Source: an uncultured Pseudomonadota bacterium (GTDB taxonomy: Bacteria; Oederibacteriota; Muellerivitia; Muellerivitales; Muellerivitaceae). Taken from it: a DNA stretch of 64,000 bases. Where the stretch lies: positions 672,001 through 736,000 of the forward strand of contig CAVYRH010000026.1 of assembly GCA_963770835.1 (NCBI GenBank), read 5' to 3'. This document shows positions 53,309 to 63,594 of this stretch, one piece after another. The notes beneath the pieces were generated by a model that was not told the DNA's origin, did no database searches, and saw only the letters and a program-made list of their open reading frames with translations. Position 1 is the stretch's first letter. The number at the start of each line of letters is the position of its first letter. The position numbers and the translations under genes are program-made.

Positions 53309-54997
53309 TCAGGAGTCGAATTCGTCGGTGACGGCCCCTTTGCTCGCGGAAGAAACCAATCGGACGTACTTGCCCAAAACTCCTTTGGGGTAAGGGTTGG
53401 GAATGGGTTTCCACTTAGACTTGCGTTTTTTCAATTCCGCAGCGCTAACGCGCAACTCTAACTTCTTTTTTGCCGCGTCGATGGTAATTTTATCCCCGTC
53501 CTTGATCAAGCCGATGGGGCCGCCCACCTGGGCCTCGGGGCAGATATGGCCCACCACCAGGCCGTGGGTTCCACCGCTAAACCTGCCGTCGGTAATAAGG
53601 CCCACTTTTTCCCCCAACCCCTGGCCCACCAGGGCCGCCGTGATAGCCAGCATTTCCCGCATTCCCGGCCCGCCCTTGGGGCCTTCGTATCGGATGACCA
53701 CCACGTCACCCGCCTTGATTTTCCTCTTTTGGATGGCCTCGAAAGCCGCTTCCTCTCCGTTGAAGACCCTGGCCGAGCCGGTATGGGTTATGACCTTTAA
53801 CCCTGAGATTTTTGCCACCGCGCCCTCCGGCGCCAGGTTGCCCTTCAAGATCACCATGGGGGCGGTGGGGTAGAGGGGTTTGTCCAGGGGGCTGATGATG
53901 GGCTGGTTCTTGGACAGGGGTGCGGCCAGCTTCAGGTTTTCCGCCACGGTCTTACCGGTCACGGTCAGGCAGTCGCCATGCAGCAACTTGGCGTCCAACA
54001 AGAGCTTCATCACCGAGGGGATGCCGCCGATGCGATCCAGGTCCGCCGCCACGTACTTTCCACTGGGCTTCAGGTCCGCCAGGTGGGGGACCTTCTTGCT
54101 GATGCGATCGAAATCCTCCAAGGTCAGCTTTACGCCGATGGACTTGGCGATGGCAATCAAGTGCAGGACGATGTTGGTGGAGCCACCCAGGGCAAAGCCC
54201 ACGGTGATGGCGTTCTCGAAGGCCTTCTTGGTCATGATGTCCTTGGGGCGGATGTCTTTCTTCAAAAGCTCCACAACAGCCTGGCCGGCCCGGTCGCAGA
54301 TGAGGCGCTTGGGTTCGCCCACGGCGGGCTGGCAGGAATCGTGTGGCAGGGCCATGCCCATGGCCTCGATGGCGGAAGCCATGGTATTGGCCGTGTACAT
54401 GCCGCCGCAGGAGCCAGGGCCGGGGATAGCGCTTTTTTCAATCTGTTCCAGCTTGTCGTGGCTGATCTTGTCGGAACTGTACTGTCCCACGGCCTCGAAG
54501 ACCGAGACGATGTCGATGTCCTTGCCGTCGCACTTGCCGGGCAGGATGGTGCCGCCGTAGACGAAGATGGCGGGGATGTTGAGGCGCCCCATGGCCATGA
54601 GGCAGCCGGGCAAGTTCTTGTCGCAGCCACCGATGGCCACCAGGCCGTCGAAGCGCTCGGCGTTGGACACCACCTCGATGGAATCGGCGATGACTTCCCG
54701 GGAAACCAGGGAAAACTTCATGCCCTCGTGGCCCATGGCGATGCCGTCGGAGACCGTGATGGTGCCGAATATCTGGCCGAAACCTTCCGCCGAAACCACG
54801 CCTCGTTTCACCCGCTCGGCCAACTCGTTGAGATGGACGTTACAAGGGGTCACTTCGCTCCAGGCCGAGGCCACGCCGATGATGGGCTTCTTGAAGTCCT
54901 CGTCCTTGAACCCCACTGCCCGCAGCATGGCACGGTTGGGGGCCCGTTTGTCCCCCTCGGTCATCATGGCGGATCGCTGATTGAGCTTGGTTTTCAT
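53309..54997 (-). CDS. ilvD: dihydroxy-acid dehydratase
   Basis: [52 protein letters not shown]. Confidence 0.97.
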   Translation of the reverse strand: MKTKLNQRSAMMTEGDKRAPNRAMLRAVGFKDEDFKKPIIGVASAWSEVTPCNVHLNELAERVKRGVVSAEGFGQIFGTITVSDGIAMGHEGMKFSLVSREVIADSIEVVSNAERFDGLVAIGGCDKNLPGCLMAMGRLNIPAIFVYGGTILPGKCDGKDIDIVSVFEAVGQYSSDKISHDKLEQIEKSAIPGPGSCGGMYTANTMASAIEAMGMALPHDSCQPAVGEPKRLICDRAGQAVVELLKKDIRPKDIMTKKAFENAITVGFALGGSTNIVLHLIAIAKSIGVKLTLEDFDRISKKVPHLADLKPSGKYVAADLDRIGGIPSVMKLLLDAKLLHGDCLTVTGKTVAENLKLAAPLSKNQPIISPLDKPLYPTAPMVILKGNLAPEGAVAKISGLKVITHTGSARVFNGEEAAFEAIQKRKIKAGDVVVIRYEGPKGGPGMREMLAITAALVGQGLGEKVGLITDGRFSGGTHGLVVGHICPEAQVGGPIGLIKDGDKITIDAAKKKLELRVSAAELKKRKSKWKPIPNPYPKGVLGKYVRLVSSASKGAVTDEFDS

Positions 54998-55025
54998 GTC
55001 TTGCCTTTCTTTTGGGGATTATGAC

Positions 55026-55466
55026 TTAAAGATATTTCAGAACTTCCTGGCTGTGACCCTCGGGATTGACTTGGGGGAATACTTTCTTGATTTTTCCTTC
55101 CTTGTCAATGATGGCCGTCACCCTGGCGCTGTTGCCCTTCTCCGGGCGGAAGGCGTCATAAGCCTTGGAGACCGTCCCGCCCATGTCGGAAAGAAGCGGG
55201 AAGTTCAGGTGGAACTTCTCGGTGAAGGCTTTGTGGCTATCTGTGTCGTCTACAGAAACTCCCAGAACGACCGCATCCTTGCCCGTGATTTGGGATATGT
55301 CATCCCGGAAGCTACAGGCTTCTTTGGTGCAACCCGGTGTGTCATCTTTGGGATAAAAATAAAGAACGACGTTCTTTTTCCCCTTGAATTGGGACAGCTG
55401 GACAGTGCTTCCGTCGGTGGCTTTCAGGCTGAAATCCGGCGCGGGACTGCCTTCTTGAAGCGGCAT
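55026..55466 (-). CDS. bcp: BCP/PrxQ peroxiredoxin
   Basis: [20 protein letters not shown]. Confidence 0.93.
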   Translation of the reverse strand: MPLQEGSPAPDFSLKATDGSTVQLSQFKGKKNVVLYFYPKDDTPGCTKEACSFRDDISQITGKDAVVLGVSVDDTDSHKAFTEKFHLNFPLLSDMGGTVSKAYDAFRPEKGNSARVTAIIDKEGKIKKVFPQVNPEGHSQEVLKYL

Positions 55467-55553
55467 GGGACCCTCCTTGGATCGAAATGAGAGGGCATTG
55501 TAGTGCCGCCGTCCGGCGGACTCAAGACGGGGAAACCCGAAGTTGATCTACCA

Positions 55554-56456
55554 TCAGGCCTTGCGGGGCGCGTTTTTCTCGAGGAACTGGAGCAATTCGC
55601 CGGTCACCGTGCCCAGGCAAACCTCCTCCACGGGCCCACGCATGGTCAAATCAAAGTTTTCGCTGACCTTCAGGAAAAGGTCACCGCCGGGCATGTGGAT
55701 GGTCAGATCGCGGTCCGTTTTTCCAGTTTTGACGCATACCGCGGCCACGGCACAGGAGGAGGAGCCGGAAGCGAGGGTGTAACCCGCGCCGCGTTCCCAA
55801 ATCCGGATACTGACTTCCTTGCGATTGTCGACCACCACAAACTGCACGTTGGTGCGTTTTGGGAAAAGAGGATGGGTTTCGACCAAGGGGCCGAACTGGT
55901 GCGCGTAGCCCTCGGCTTGGTCGAGATCGTTCACGAAAATCACACAATGGGGATTTCCCATGGAAACGCAGTTGATATTGAAACCGTCTCCCTTGTTGTC
56001 CAGGGGGATCAGCTTATCGAGGACTTCCGAATCGGGGTTGGGGACATTGACGGGTATTTTCCCCGCCGTGAAGACCGCTTTACCCATCTCCACCGTGACA
56101 GCGGCAGCTTTTCCTACCACCAAATGCAGTTGGGCCTGAACCTTGCCCCCGGCGGTTTCAATCTCGAAAAAGGTCTTTTCGGTATAGCCATGTTCGAAAA
56201 GAAACTTGCAGAAAATGCGCAGGCCGTTGCCGCTTTTCTCCGCCTCGCTCCCGTCAGGGTTGTAAATCCGCAGGCGCGCGAGGGAGGAGTCTGATTTTTC
56301 CAGGGCCAGGATGCCGTCGGAACCCACCCCGGTGTTGCGGTTGCAGATGCGGATGATGTTTTGGGGCGTCAGTTCAAACGAAAGATGGGCGGGGTCCATC
56401 ACGATATAGTCGTTGCCTAGGCCGTGAGAACGCACAAACTGGTTTTTGGAAAGCAT
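55554..56456 (-). CDS. dapF: diaminopimelate epimerase
   Basis: HGLGNDY, GVGSDG, NPDGSEAEKSGNG, SMGNPHCV, WERGAG; both canonical catalytic Cys positions appear as Ser (EKSGNG, LASGSS). Confidence 0.85.
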   Translation of the reverse strand: MLSKNQFVRSHGLGNDYIVMDPAHLSFELTPQNIIRICNRNTGVGSDGILALEKSDSSLARLRIYNPDGSEAEKSGNGLRIFCKFLFEHGYTEKTFFEIETAGGKVQAQLHLVVGKAAAVTVEMGKAVFTAGKIPVNVPNPDSEVLDKLIPLDNKGDGFNINCVSMGNPHCVIFVNDLDQAEGYAHQFGPLVETHPLFPKRTNVQFVVVDNRKEVSIRIWERGAGYTLASGSSSCAVAAVCVKTGKTDRDLTIHMPGGDLFLKVSENFDLTMRGPVEEVCLGTVTGELLQFLEKNAPRKA

Positions 56457-56641
56457 GGGAATCCTTTAATTTATGAAAAGGAACAGAGTGAGTGGAAGAT
56501 TTTCCACGATGTCCTTCGCAACGCGCAAAGTATAAAGTATCATTAAAACACTGAAAAGAAGAATCCTTCCAGCTTCCGCTGAAAGGGCGTGCCGGTTTCC
56601 CCGGGACTGAAACGACAACCATTTCCGAACCAAGGAAGAAG

Positions 56642-57304
56642 ATGGATTCCAAGTCCGTTTTTTTAGCCGGAGTTTCCCAGCAGGAAAGGGGTGACCGTGC
56701 CCTGGTGAAGGAACACCTTCGCCGTTACCTATCCTTCTTTAAGGGAAAAGCCGATGTGGTGGACTTGGGCTGTGGAAGTGGCGAGTTTCTGGAGCTCCTT
56801 AAAGAAGAAAAGATCAAAGCCTTGGGCGTTGAGGATAATCCGGTTTTTGTCGCTGAGGCCAAGAAGCGCGGCTTAGCGGTCAAGAAAGCCAAGCTTCAAT
56901 CCTTCCTGAAGACCCGCAAGGCCGGCAGCGTGGGGGGGGTTTTCATCAGCCATGTGGTGGAACACCTTCCGCCTGCCGACATGATGGAAGCTTTAACCCG
57001 CATCCAAAAGGCCCTCCAGCCGGGCGGTGTTCTCGTTCTAATCACCCCGAACCCGCTATCGCTGGGTGTCATGACCCACTCTTTTTGGAGGGACCCCACC
57101 CATGTGCGGCCTTATCCCCTGGATTTTCTGGTCCAATTGTTGGAATCCATGGGTTTCCAAATCCTGGCCAAGGGGGAAACCTGCCTGGGCGTCGCCCCGT
57201 CCCTGCTGCGCAACGGGGTGAGGGCGGTCCGAAAACTTCTGGTTGGGGATTATTTCCACGACCCGGATATTTACCTGGCGGCCCAAAAATATCCAAAACC
57301 CTGA
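56642..57304 (+). CDS. class I SAM-dependent methyltransferase
   Basis: VVDLGCGSGEF, HVVEHL, LQPGG, TPNP, DPTHVRP. Confidence 0.9.
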   Translation: MDSKSVFLAGVSQQERGDRALVKEHLRRYLSFFKGKADVVDLGCGSGEFLELLKEEKIKALGVEDNPVFVAEAKKRGLAVKKAKLQSFLKTRKAGSVGGVFISHVVEHLPPADMMEALTRIQKALQPGGVLVLITPNPLSLGVMTHSFWRDPTHVRPYPLDFLVQLLESMGFQILAKGETCLGVAPSLLRNGVRAVRKLLVGDYFHDPDIYLAAQKYPKP

Positions 57305-57330
57305 CGAAAAAACCCGCAAAGCTTCCGATG

Positions 57331-60294
57331 TCAGCCCTTCACGCAAAAGAGATTGGTATAAGCGCGGTTTTCCGGGGTGCAACGCCTCAGGATGTCGGCG
57401 GGCCGGGCGGGCTTAACGGTTTTATCTTTTTCCGAAACTTCCCAAAGCTTGAACCCCAGCTTCTTGAGGGACTGTAGGTAGCCTGAGGGGGAAAAACCGG
57501 CCCGGTCCAAACCATAGGGCCAGAACTCGGTAACGAGCTTTAAGCGGGGGTTCCGGCGCATCAAACGCCGAAAGCCCTCCAGGACCCCGGCCTCGGTACC
57601 CTGGATATCCATCTTGATCAAGTCGATTTTCTCATTCCCTTTTTTGAACCAGTCGTCCAAAGCGACCGTCTGGACTTCCACAGATTTCCGGCCTTCTTTG
57701 GAATCGAAAAGTTGGTGGTCCCCCGGATTGCTTTCGCTCAGGAAAAGCCGCTGTACCCGGCTTTTGGAGGAAACGGCACGGGGAACGACCACCACGTTGG
57801 AATAGCCGTTCTGCCGCACGTTTCTCACCAGCAACGAAAAATTGGACTGATCGGGCTCAAAGGCGTAGACCTTTCCCTTGGGCCCCACCAGGCGAGCGGC
57901 CAAGAGGGTGTAATAACCGATGTTGGCCCCCACATCGACGAAGGTCTGGCCCGGTTTGAGGGTTCTCTTCAAAAGTTCCGTTTCCACCGGCTCATAAATC
58001 CCATGAACGGCCAGTTCCAGGGCGTCCTTGTCGTCCAGCCACATGCGGTGACCCTGCACCATGACCGAACGGGGCTTGAAGAGCTTGAAGATGAATTCGT
58101 AAGCCCAACGCAGGGGTTTGATACGGCCCAAGCCATGGCCGCCGATGGCGTAATAAATTTTTTGGAGGAGGGAAAAAAGGTTCTTGCGCAGAATCCCCAG
58201 GAAAGCTATCAGGGTGACGAAACACCAAAGAGCCAAACCTATTCGGATAGGTGTCCACCAAGCAGGCTCAAACTTGAATTCAATTTCATGGTGGCCTACC
58301 GTCAAGTTCAGCGTTCGCAAGAGGTGGTCGAATGTGGAAAGGACAGCGGGCTGCCCGTCCACCCGGGCTTTCCAGCCCGGATACATGGTTTCGGTAAAAG
58401 CCACCGCACCGGGTTTGGCCAGATCCACCAAGAAAATTTGATGGTCGGGTTCATTCTTCTCCAACTTGCATTGAAGAGGAGGGGGCCCAAAAGCCAAGGC
58501 GGGGGTTTCCAGCCGTTGGTAAAGCAGGTAAGGGGGGAAAGCTTCCAGTTTGAAACCCGTCATAGGGCCATGGTCTTTCTGGGTCAAGACTCCCCCGACG
58601 GCACCAAATTGCATTGCAATCGGTGAGGGGGCAGTACCAAGGTCCTTCTTGGCCTGCAGGACTAAGGGGTTATAACCGCCGAAATTCCTGATTGCCAAGG
58701 CGCAGGCGGCGTTTTGGGGGTAGTTCAAGGCGTATTTCTTTCCGCCCACCTCGATGGGGTAATACATCTCATCGCTCAGGAAGATTAGACGGCCTGGCTT
58801 GACCGAATCGGCCGCCGCCAAAACGGCCTTGGATTTTTCTTTGAAATCAAAATTATAGGAAGGGCCGGGGACAAAGTCTGCCCAGCCGTTCAACAGTAGG
58901 GGAAGGAAAAGCGACGCCAGAACCAAAGCCTTTCCGAAGATCTTTTGTTTTGAAAGTGAATAGAGTCCGAAGCCTATGAATCCCAATCCGAGGGCCAGGA
59001 TTTCACGCCAGTTTTGGCCGGGCCTCCACAGACAGACCAGGTATAAACCAAAAGCATAAATCAAAGGCGACTTCCAATTGAAAGCCATCTTGGAATTGCG
59101 TGGGGAAGCCTGAAATATGAAATCCCAGCCCAAGGCCGCAAGGACCGCGGTGGCTAAAACATAAAGGTAAAGAAAGCGGTAGGGAACCCTCATGAGGGAA
59201 AGACCAGGCAGAAGGCTTGAAATAAGGGAATGGAGCGGCGTGTAACGGCCGAAACAGAAGACCAGGATTACGGCGGCGAAGGTGGAGAGATAGACCGGCA
59301 AAGACTTATCCCTGGCCCGCCAAGCCCCCCAAACCAGAAAGGGAAGCCAGATACTCAGGTAACCCCAGTCAGCGGCCAATGGGAATTCCGGTTGGTCTTT
59401 GTCCGATTGCAGGGCAACGGCCATGTCCTGCCCTTCTTTCAGAGTGAAACGGGGAAAGAAGAACTGGCCGAGGGTCGCCGGATTTAAGGACAACTGCGAA
59501 TTGATTTTCTCTGATTGGGCATCTGGACTGTGCCGGTCACTCAAGTTGGCGAATTCCATGGTTGGGATCAATTGACCCAGAAGGGGCAAGGCGCCCCATA
59601 AAAGGAATAAGGCCGTAACCAGCAAGCTGCGAAGGGGCAAACGGGCTCCGCTCTTGAAGAACCTAAAAATAAAATAAGCCAGTCCCCCGTAAAAAGCCCC
59701 CACGGTCACCTGGAAACTTCCACAAAGGAAAAGCATGGCGAAGCAAAACCCGCCAAGAAAAGCGTTCAAGGGCTTGGGGTCCTTGGCCAAACGCTCCAAC
59801 CGGTAAAAAAGCCAAGGCAGCCAGGCGAAGGCCGCCAGCACCGGCGGATGAATGATCTCCAGCCAGAAAAAATTGGAAAGGGCGAACAACAGCGCACCGA
59901 CCCGACAGGCGTTTTCCGACAAGCCGAGGGATTTCAGCCAAAGATGCATCCCCAAGGCTGCCAGGAACATGTGTAGGAAAAAGAAGGCGCTTAAGCCCAT
60001 GGGCACCGAAAAAGGAAGGGTTAGGTAGTTCAAGGGGTAGAGCATCATGTTCTGGAGGTCGGCGAAAAAGGGCTGGCCGCCCAGCAAGTAGGGGTTCCAA
60101 AGGGGAAAATGGCCTTGGGCCAATTGGTCTTTCAAGAAGGCGCGCCAGGGGCCGAATTGGGCTAGGAGGTCGTTATCGAAATAGGCCTGGCCTAAAAAGA
60201 GGCAGGGAAAAAAGGCGACGGCGGCCACCAGCAAATAAAGCCCAGCCGAAAGGCCCGTGCCCCCGGTGGGGGCCTCAATCTTGGGCTGTTTCAA
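57331..60294 (-). CDS. YfhO-like GT-C glycosyltransferase fused to an FkbM-family methyltransferase
   Basis: LWNPYLLGGQP..LYP, YPGWKARVDG; C-terminal VDVGANIGYYT, AFEP, IKMDIQGTE. Confidence 0.8.
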   Translation of the reverse strand: MKQPKIEAPTGGTGLSAGLYLLVAAVAFFPCLFLGQAYFDNDLLAQFGPWRAFLKDQLAQGHFPLWNPYLLGGQPFFADLQNMMLYPLNYLTLPFSVPMGLSAFFFLHMFLAALGMHLWLKSLGLSENACRVGALLFALSNFFWLEIIHPPVLAAFAWLPWLFYRLERLAKDPKPLNAFLGGFCFAMLFLCGSFQVTVGAFYGGLAYFIFRFFKSGARLPLRSLLVTALFLLWGALPLLGQLIPTMEFANLSDRHSPDAQSEKINSQLSLNPATLGQFFFPRFTLKEGQDMAVALQSDKDQPEFPLAADWGYLSIWLPFLVWGAWRARDKSLPVYLSTFAAVILVFCFGRYTPLHSLISSLLPGLSLMRVPYRFLYLYVLATAVLAALGWDFIFQASPRNSKMAFNWKSPLIYAFGLYLVCLWRPGQNWREILALGLGFIGFGLYSLSKQKIFGKALVLASLFLPLLLNGWADFVPGPSYNFDFKEKSKAVLAAADSVKPGRLIFLSDEMYYPIEVGGKKYALNYPQNAACALAIRNFGGYNPLVLQAKKDLGTAPSPIAMQFGAVGGVLTQKDHGPMTGFKLEAFPPYLLYQRLETPALAFGPPPLQCKLEKNEPDHQIFLVDLAKPGAVAFTETMYPGWKARVDGQPAVLSTFDHLLRTLNLTVGHHEIEFKFEPAWWTPIRIGLALWCFVTLIAFLGILRKNLFSLLQKIYYAIGGHGLGRIKPLRWAYEFIFKLFKPRSVMVQGHRMWLDDKDALELAVHGIYEPVETELLKRTLKPGQTFVDVGANIGYYTLLAARLVGPKGKVYAFEPDQSNFSLLVRNVRQNGYSNVVVVPRAVSSKSRVQRLFLSESNPGDHQLFDSKEGRKSVEVQTVALDDWFKKGNEKIDLIKMDIQGTEAGVLEGFRRLMRRNPRLKLVTEFWPYGLDRAGFSPSGYLQSLKKLGFKLWEVSEKDKTVKPARPADILRRCTPENRAYTNLFCVKG

Positions 60295-62563
60295 CCTTGG
60301 CCTTTCCCTTTTGCTTCCATAAGTAACCTCCGAAAGCGATCGCGGATAAAAACCAGAGGATACCGGCGATTAATAAAGGTTTCGCCCAGGAAGGCTTGTA
60401 GGAAAATTCCACCTGGTGATCGCCCGCAGGCACGAAAACCGCGCGGAAGACGTGGTTAGCGGTGAGAAGGGGAATGGGCTGGCCGTTCAAGAGCGCTTTC
60501 CAGCCGGGGTAGGCGACCTCCGAGAAAGTGACCAGGCTGTTTTTGTCCAATTGCACCTTGAAGGCCTGGTAATCCGGTTCGTCCCGGGTGAGATCAAATT
60601 GTAGTTGGGCCTTTTGTCCGCCCAATTGGGAAGTGATGGAGGAAGGCAGGGATTCGGAAAGGACGGCCTGTTCGCGAGGATTGAAGGCCAAACTCCCCAA
60701 GGCCGCAAGCCTTTCGGTATCCCCTGGAATGACGGTGACTTGGGAGGGCGCATTCACGTAGGAGGGGGGATCGGCCGTTTCGTAAAGATAAACATTCCCG
60801 AAGGCCCGGCGGGTGAAGCCCTTCAAGTCCCCATGGTCTTGGCCGAAGAGCAGTCCCCGGATGGCCATTAAAGGCAGATAAGTGTTCATCGGAAGTTTTT
60901 CGATCTCCGAGGTGTTTTTCAATACGATCGGGTTGTAACCGTCGCTCATGCGAACCCCGAAATCCTGGGGCGAGTCCACGGGAAAGGACCAAAGGTAATT
61001 CCGCCCTTCCTTTTCGATGGGATAAGACAGGCCCATATCAAAGTAGTAGCGGCAAGCCTTGGAATTCTCCTTTAAATATGTAAAAACTGGGAAATGGCTT
61101 TCGATGTCGTAATTGGAAGCGGGTCCCCAGCCATACCCGCCCCAACCGCTCAAGAAAAGTGGCAGGATCATGGCGGCCTGGAATGTCCAGCGGCCTATGG
61201 GTTTCCAGGATTGGGTGAATCCCCACAAGGCCAGCCCGATGGAGCCCGCCAGGAGGGCGATCATTTCCCGCCAGGACTGGTCCGGGTTCAAGATGGAGAA
61301 TAAAAGAAAGAGGCCTCCATAGACGACGCCGGCCACCGGAAGCCAGCCCGCCCGGCCTTTCTCATCCAGTACCCTTTCGAGGGCCTGGTAACCGAAGGCG
61401 GCGAGGATAGCGGCGCAGGCCACGTAGACGGCGACGTAGCGGAAGGGCGCCCGGCTCAACTTGATGGTAGGCAAGATGTCGCAGAGGATCCGGTGGAGGG
61501 GAAAGTATTTCCCGAAGGCGGTCAATAGGGCCAGGGCTCCCAGGCCCGAAAGCAAGTAAAGCAAAGCCTTGTCCTTGCGGCGGAAAGCCAGGGGAATAAG
61601 GAACGGCACCCAGATGCCCAGGTACCCGAAGACGCCCACGAAAGCGTTATCCACGCTGGTGGGCCTAAGGCACCTCTCGATAGTTTCCCCGGCAGGAACT
61701 CCCAGGGTCGGGAAAAAGAACTGGTAAAGGCTTTGGGGATTCATGGAGAACTGGGAATTGAAATTGTCGTAGCCCAGGCTTTCCTCGGTCCGGTTAGAAA
61801 GCCGGGAAAACTCGAAGGTCGGATAAAGTTGCAAGAGGAGAGGGAGGGCCCCCCAGATCCCGAACAAAAGGACCCAGGTCCATTTCTTCCAAGATGGCCG
61901 GTCCGTTTTTTCCTCCGGTGAAACCGTCTTGGGCAGGAAGAGCCGGCCCACAAAGTAAAAGAACCCCGTGTAATAAAAACAACTGGTCATTTGAAAATTG
62001 CCGCAGGTGAAAAGGATGGCCGCCACCAGCCCCGCAGGGAAGGCCCTCCGGGGGGAAAGGTCCTGGCTCAACTTTTCCAGGGCCCACATCCAAACCGGGA
62101 ACCAGGCGAAGGCCGCCAGGATGGGCGGATGGATCAATTCCCACCAGAAACAACCGGACAGGGCGTAGGCAATAGCCAAGAGGCGGCAAGCCCCCTCGGA
62201 CAGGCGCAAGGACTTCAACCAGCCGTGCATCCCGGCGGTAGCCAGGACCATGTGTAGGAAATAAAAGACCGCGAAACCGTAGGGGATGGAAAACAACAAG
62301 GTGGGGTAATTCAAGGGATAGGACATCATGCTATTGGGGTCGGCGAAGAAAGGCTCTCCGCCGAAGTAATAGGGGTTCCATAGAGGGAAGTGGCCCAGGG
62401 CCAGCTGGGCCTTCAGCAGGAAACGCGCGTGGGCGTAATAGGCTAAAAGGTCGTCGGCGAAATAGGCCTGCCCCAGCGCCAAGCAGTGGAAAAAGGCGAT
62501 GAAAGCCACGGCAGTGAAGATGAACCAATGGGCCTTGGCTTTCAGGAATTCCGGCCAGTTCAA
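60275..62563 (-). CDS. YfhO-like GT-C glycosyltransferase
   Basis: DDLLAYY, LWNPYYFGGEP, YPGWKA..FRAVFVPAGDHQVEFSY; clear paralog of the downstream gene. Confidence 0.85.
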   Translation of the reverse strand: MNWPEFLKAKAHWFIFTAVAFIAFFHCLALGQAYFADDLLAYYAHARFLLKAQLALGHFPLWNPYYFGGEPFFADPNSMMSYPLNYPTLLFSIPYGFAVFYFLHMVLATAGMHGWLKSLRLSEGACRLLAIAYALSGCFWWELIHPPILAAFAWFPVWMWALEKLSQDLSPRRAFPAGLVAAILFTCGNFQMTSCFYYTGFFYFVGRLFLPKTVSPEEKTDRPSWKKWTWVLLFGIWGALPLLLQLYPTFEFSRLSNRTEESLGYDNFNSQFSMNPQSLYQFFFPTLGVPAGETIERCLRPTSVDNAFVGVFGYLGIWVPFLIPLAFRRKDKALLYLLSGLGALALLTAFGKYFPLHRILCDILPTIKLSRAPFRYVAVYVACAAILAAFGYQALERVLDEKGRAGWLPVAGVVYGGLFLLFSILNPDQSWREMIALLAGSIGLALWGFTQSWKPIGRWTFQAAMILPLFLSGWGGYGWGPASNYDIESHFPVFTYLKENSKACRYYFDMGLSYPIEKEGRNYLWSFPVDSPQDFGVRMSDGYNPIVLKNTSEIEKLPMNTYLPLMAIRGLLFGQDHGDLKGFTRRAFGNVYLYETADPPSYVNAPSQVTVIPGDTERLAALGSLAFNPREQAVLSESLPSSITSQLGGQKAQLQFDLTRDEPDYQAFKVQLDKNSLVTFSEVAYPGWKALLNGQPIPLLTANHVFRAVFVPAGDHQVEFSYKPSWAKPLLIAGILWFLSAIAFGGYLWKQKGKAKVETAQD

Positions 62564-63594
62564 GAGCGCCTCCCCAGGCGGACTTCCACGAAGCGGAATT
62601 TGGCGCCCTTTGGCACCGCCTTGTAAAGGCGGATGGCGCCGTTCTCCCTTTTCGGGATGGGGGTCGAGAGCCCGGCCAAAAGGCCCAAGCCGTAAAAAAC
62701 CTGCCTTAAGAAAATAAGAAGAGGAACGCCCAGAATATCCAGGAGGTTACGGTGCCAGGAAATGACCGAAACCCCGGTGCCTACCGAAAGGGCGAGGAAA
62801 AGCCAGAAGGGGAAGCGCCAGTAAGGCGAGGTCAGGAAGACGGCGGCCCAGGAAGGGATGAGGGGCGGCACCAGGGAAACCAAAAGGGAAAGAACGTAGA
62901 ATAGGAAAAAGGCCGGGATCAAATGGACCAGGTCGGAGAGGCAGGGGTAAACCTTCATCTGTTGGGCCCGGCCCCGTCCGTAACGGAAAGCCTGGTGGCA
63001 GAAGTCCTTGAGTGTCTTGCGGCGGTGGCGGAAGACCGCGGCCCCGGGGTCGTAGACCAGACGGTACTGGGAATGCAGCAGGCGGTTCAAGAACTCGTTC
63101 TCTTCGTTGGGGTAGAGGTCCTTGCGGAAACCGCCTTCCTTCATAAAGGTTTTACGGCGCACCATCATGTTGCAGAGGATGAGGTCCTTCTCCGTGGCTT
63201 CCTTCACCGACCCGATGGCCGCGTAGCGGTTGCGCACACTGAAGCTACCCATCCAGGAGGCCAGCACCCCGCTGACGGTCTTTTCAAAGGGCGCGGCGTC
63301 GGGCGGGCAAAGGTTGGGCCCTCCGGCCACGGCCGTACGGTCCTCGGCGAAGTGGGAAACCAGGTTCCGGGGGGTACCGGGGACGACCTCGCTGTCGTCG
63401 TCCAGGAAGTACACCAGGGGATTTCGGCTCTTTTTCACGCCGATATTGCGTTGTTGGGAAGGATTGCGGCCCACGCTGACCAATATTTCGCCGGGCCGGT
63501 CCTCGGCAGAAAGCCGCGCCAAGGCTTCCAGGCTCCGGATTTGCTTGTCGATCCGGTCCGAGGCGATGACTGCGGTATAGGATGGGCGGGTCAT
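62560..63594 (-). CDS. GT2 glycosyltransferase with C-terminal TM helices
   Basis: QRNIG, YFLDDD, GGP, CNMM, GGF..PNEENE, QAFRYG. Confidence 0.9.
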   Translation of the reverse strand: MTRPSYTAVIASDRIDKQIRSLEALARLSAEDRPGEILVSVGRNPSQQRNIGVKKSRNPLVYFLDDDSEVVPGTPRNLVSHFAEDRTAVAGGPNLCPPDAAPFEKTVSGVLASWMGSFSVRNRYAAIGSVKEATEKDLILCNMMVRRKTFMKEGGFRKDLYPNEENEFLNRLLHSQYRLVYDPGAAVFRHRRKTLKDFCHQAFRYGRGRAQQMKVYPCLSDLVHLIPAFFLFYVLSLLVSLVPPLIPSWAAVFLTSPYWRFPFWLFLALSVGTGVSVISWHRNLLDILGVPLLIFLRQVFYGLGLLAGLSTPIPKRENGAIRLYKAVPKGAKFRFVEVRLGRRS

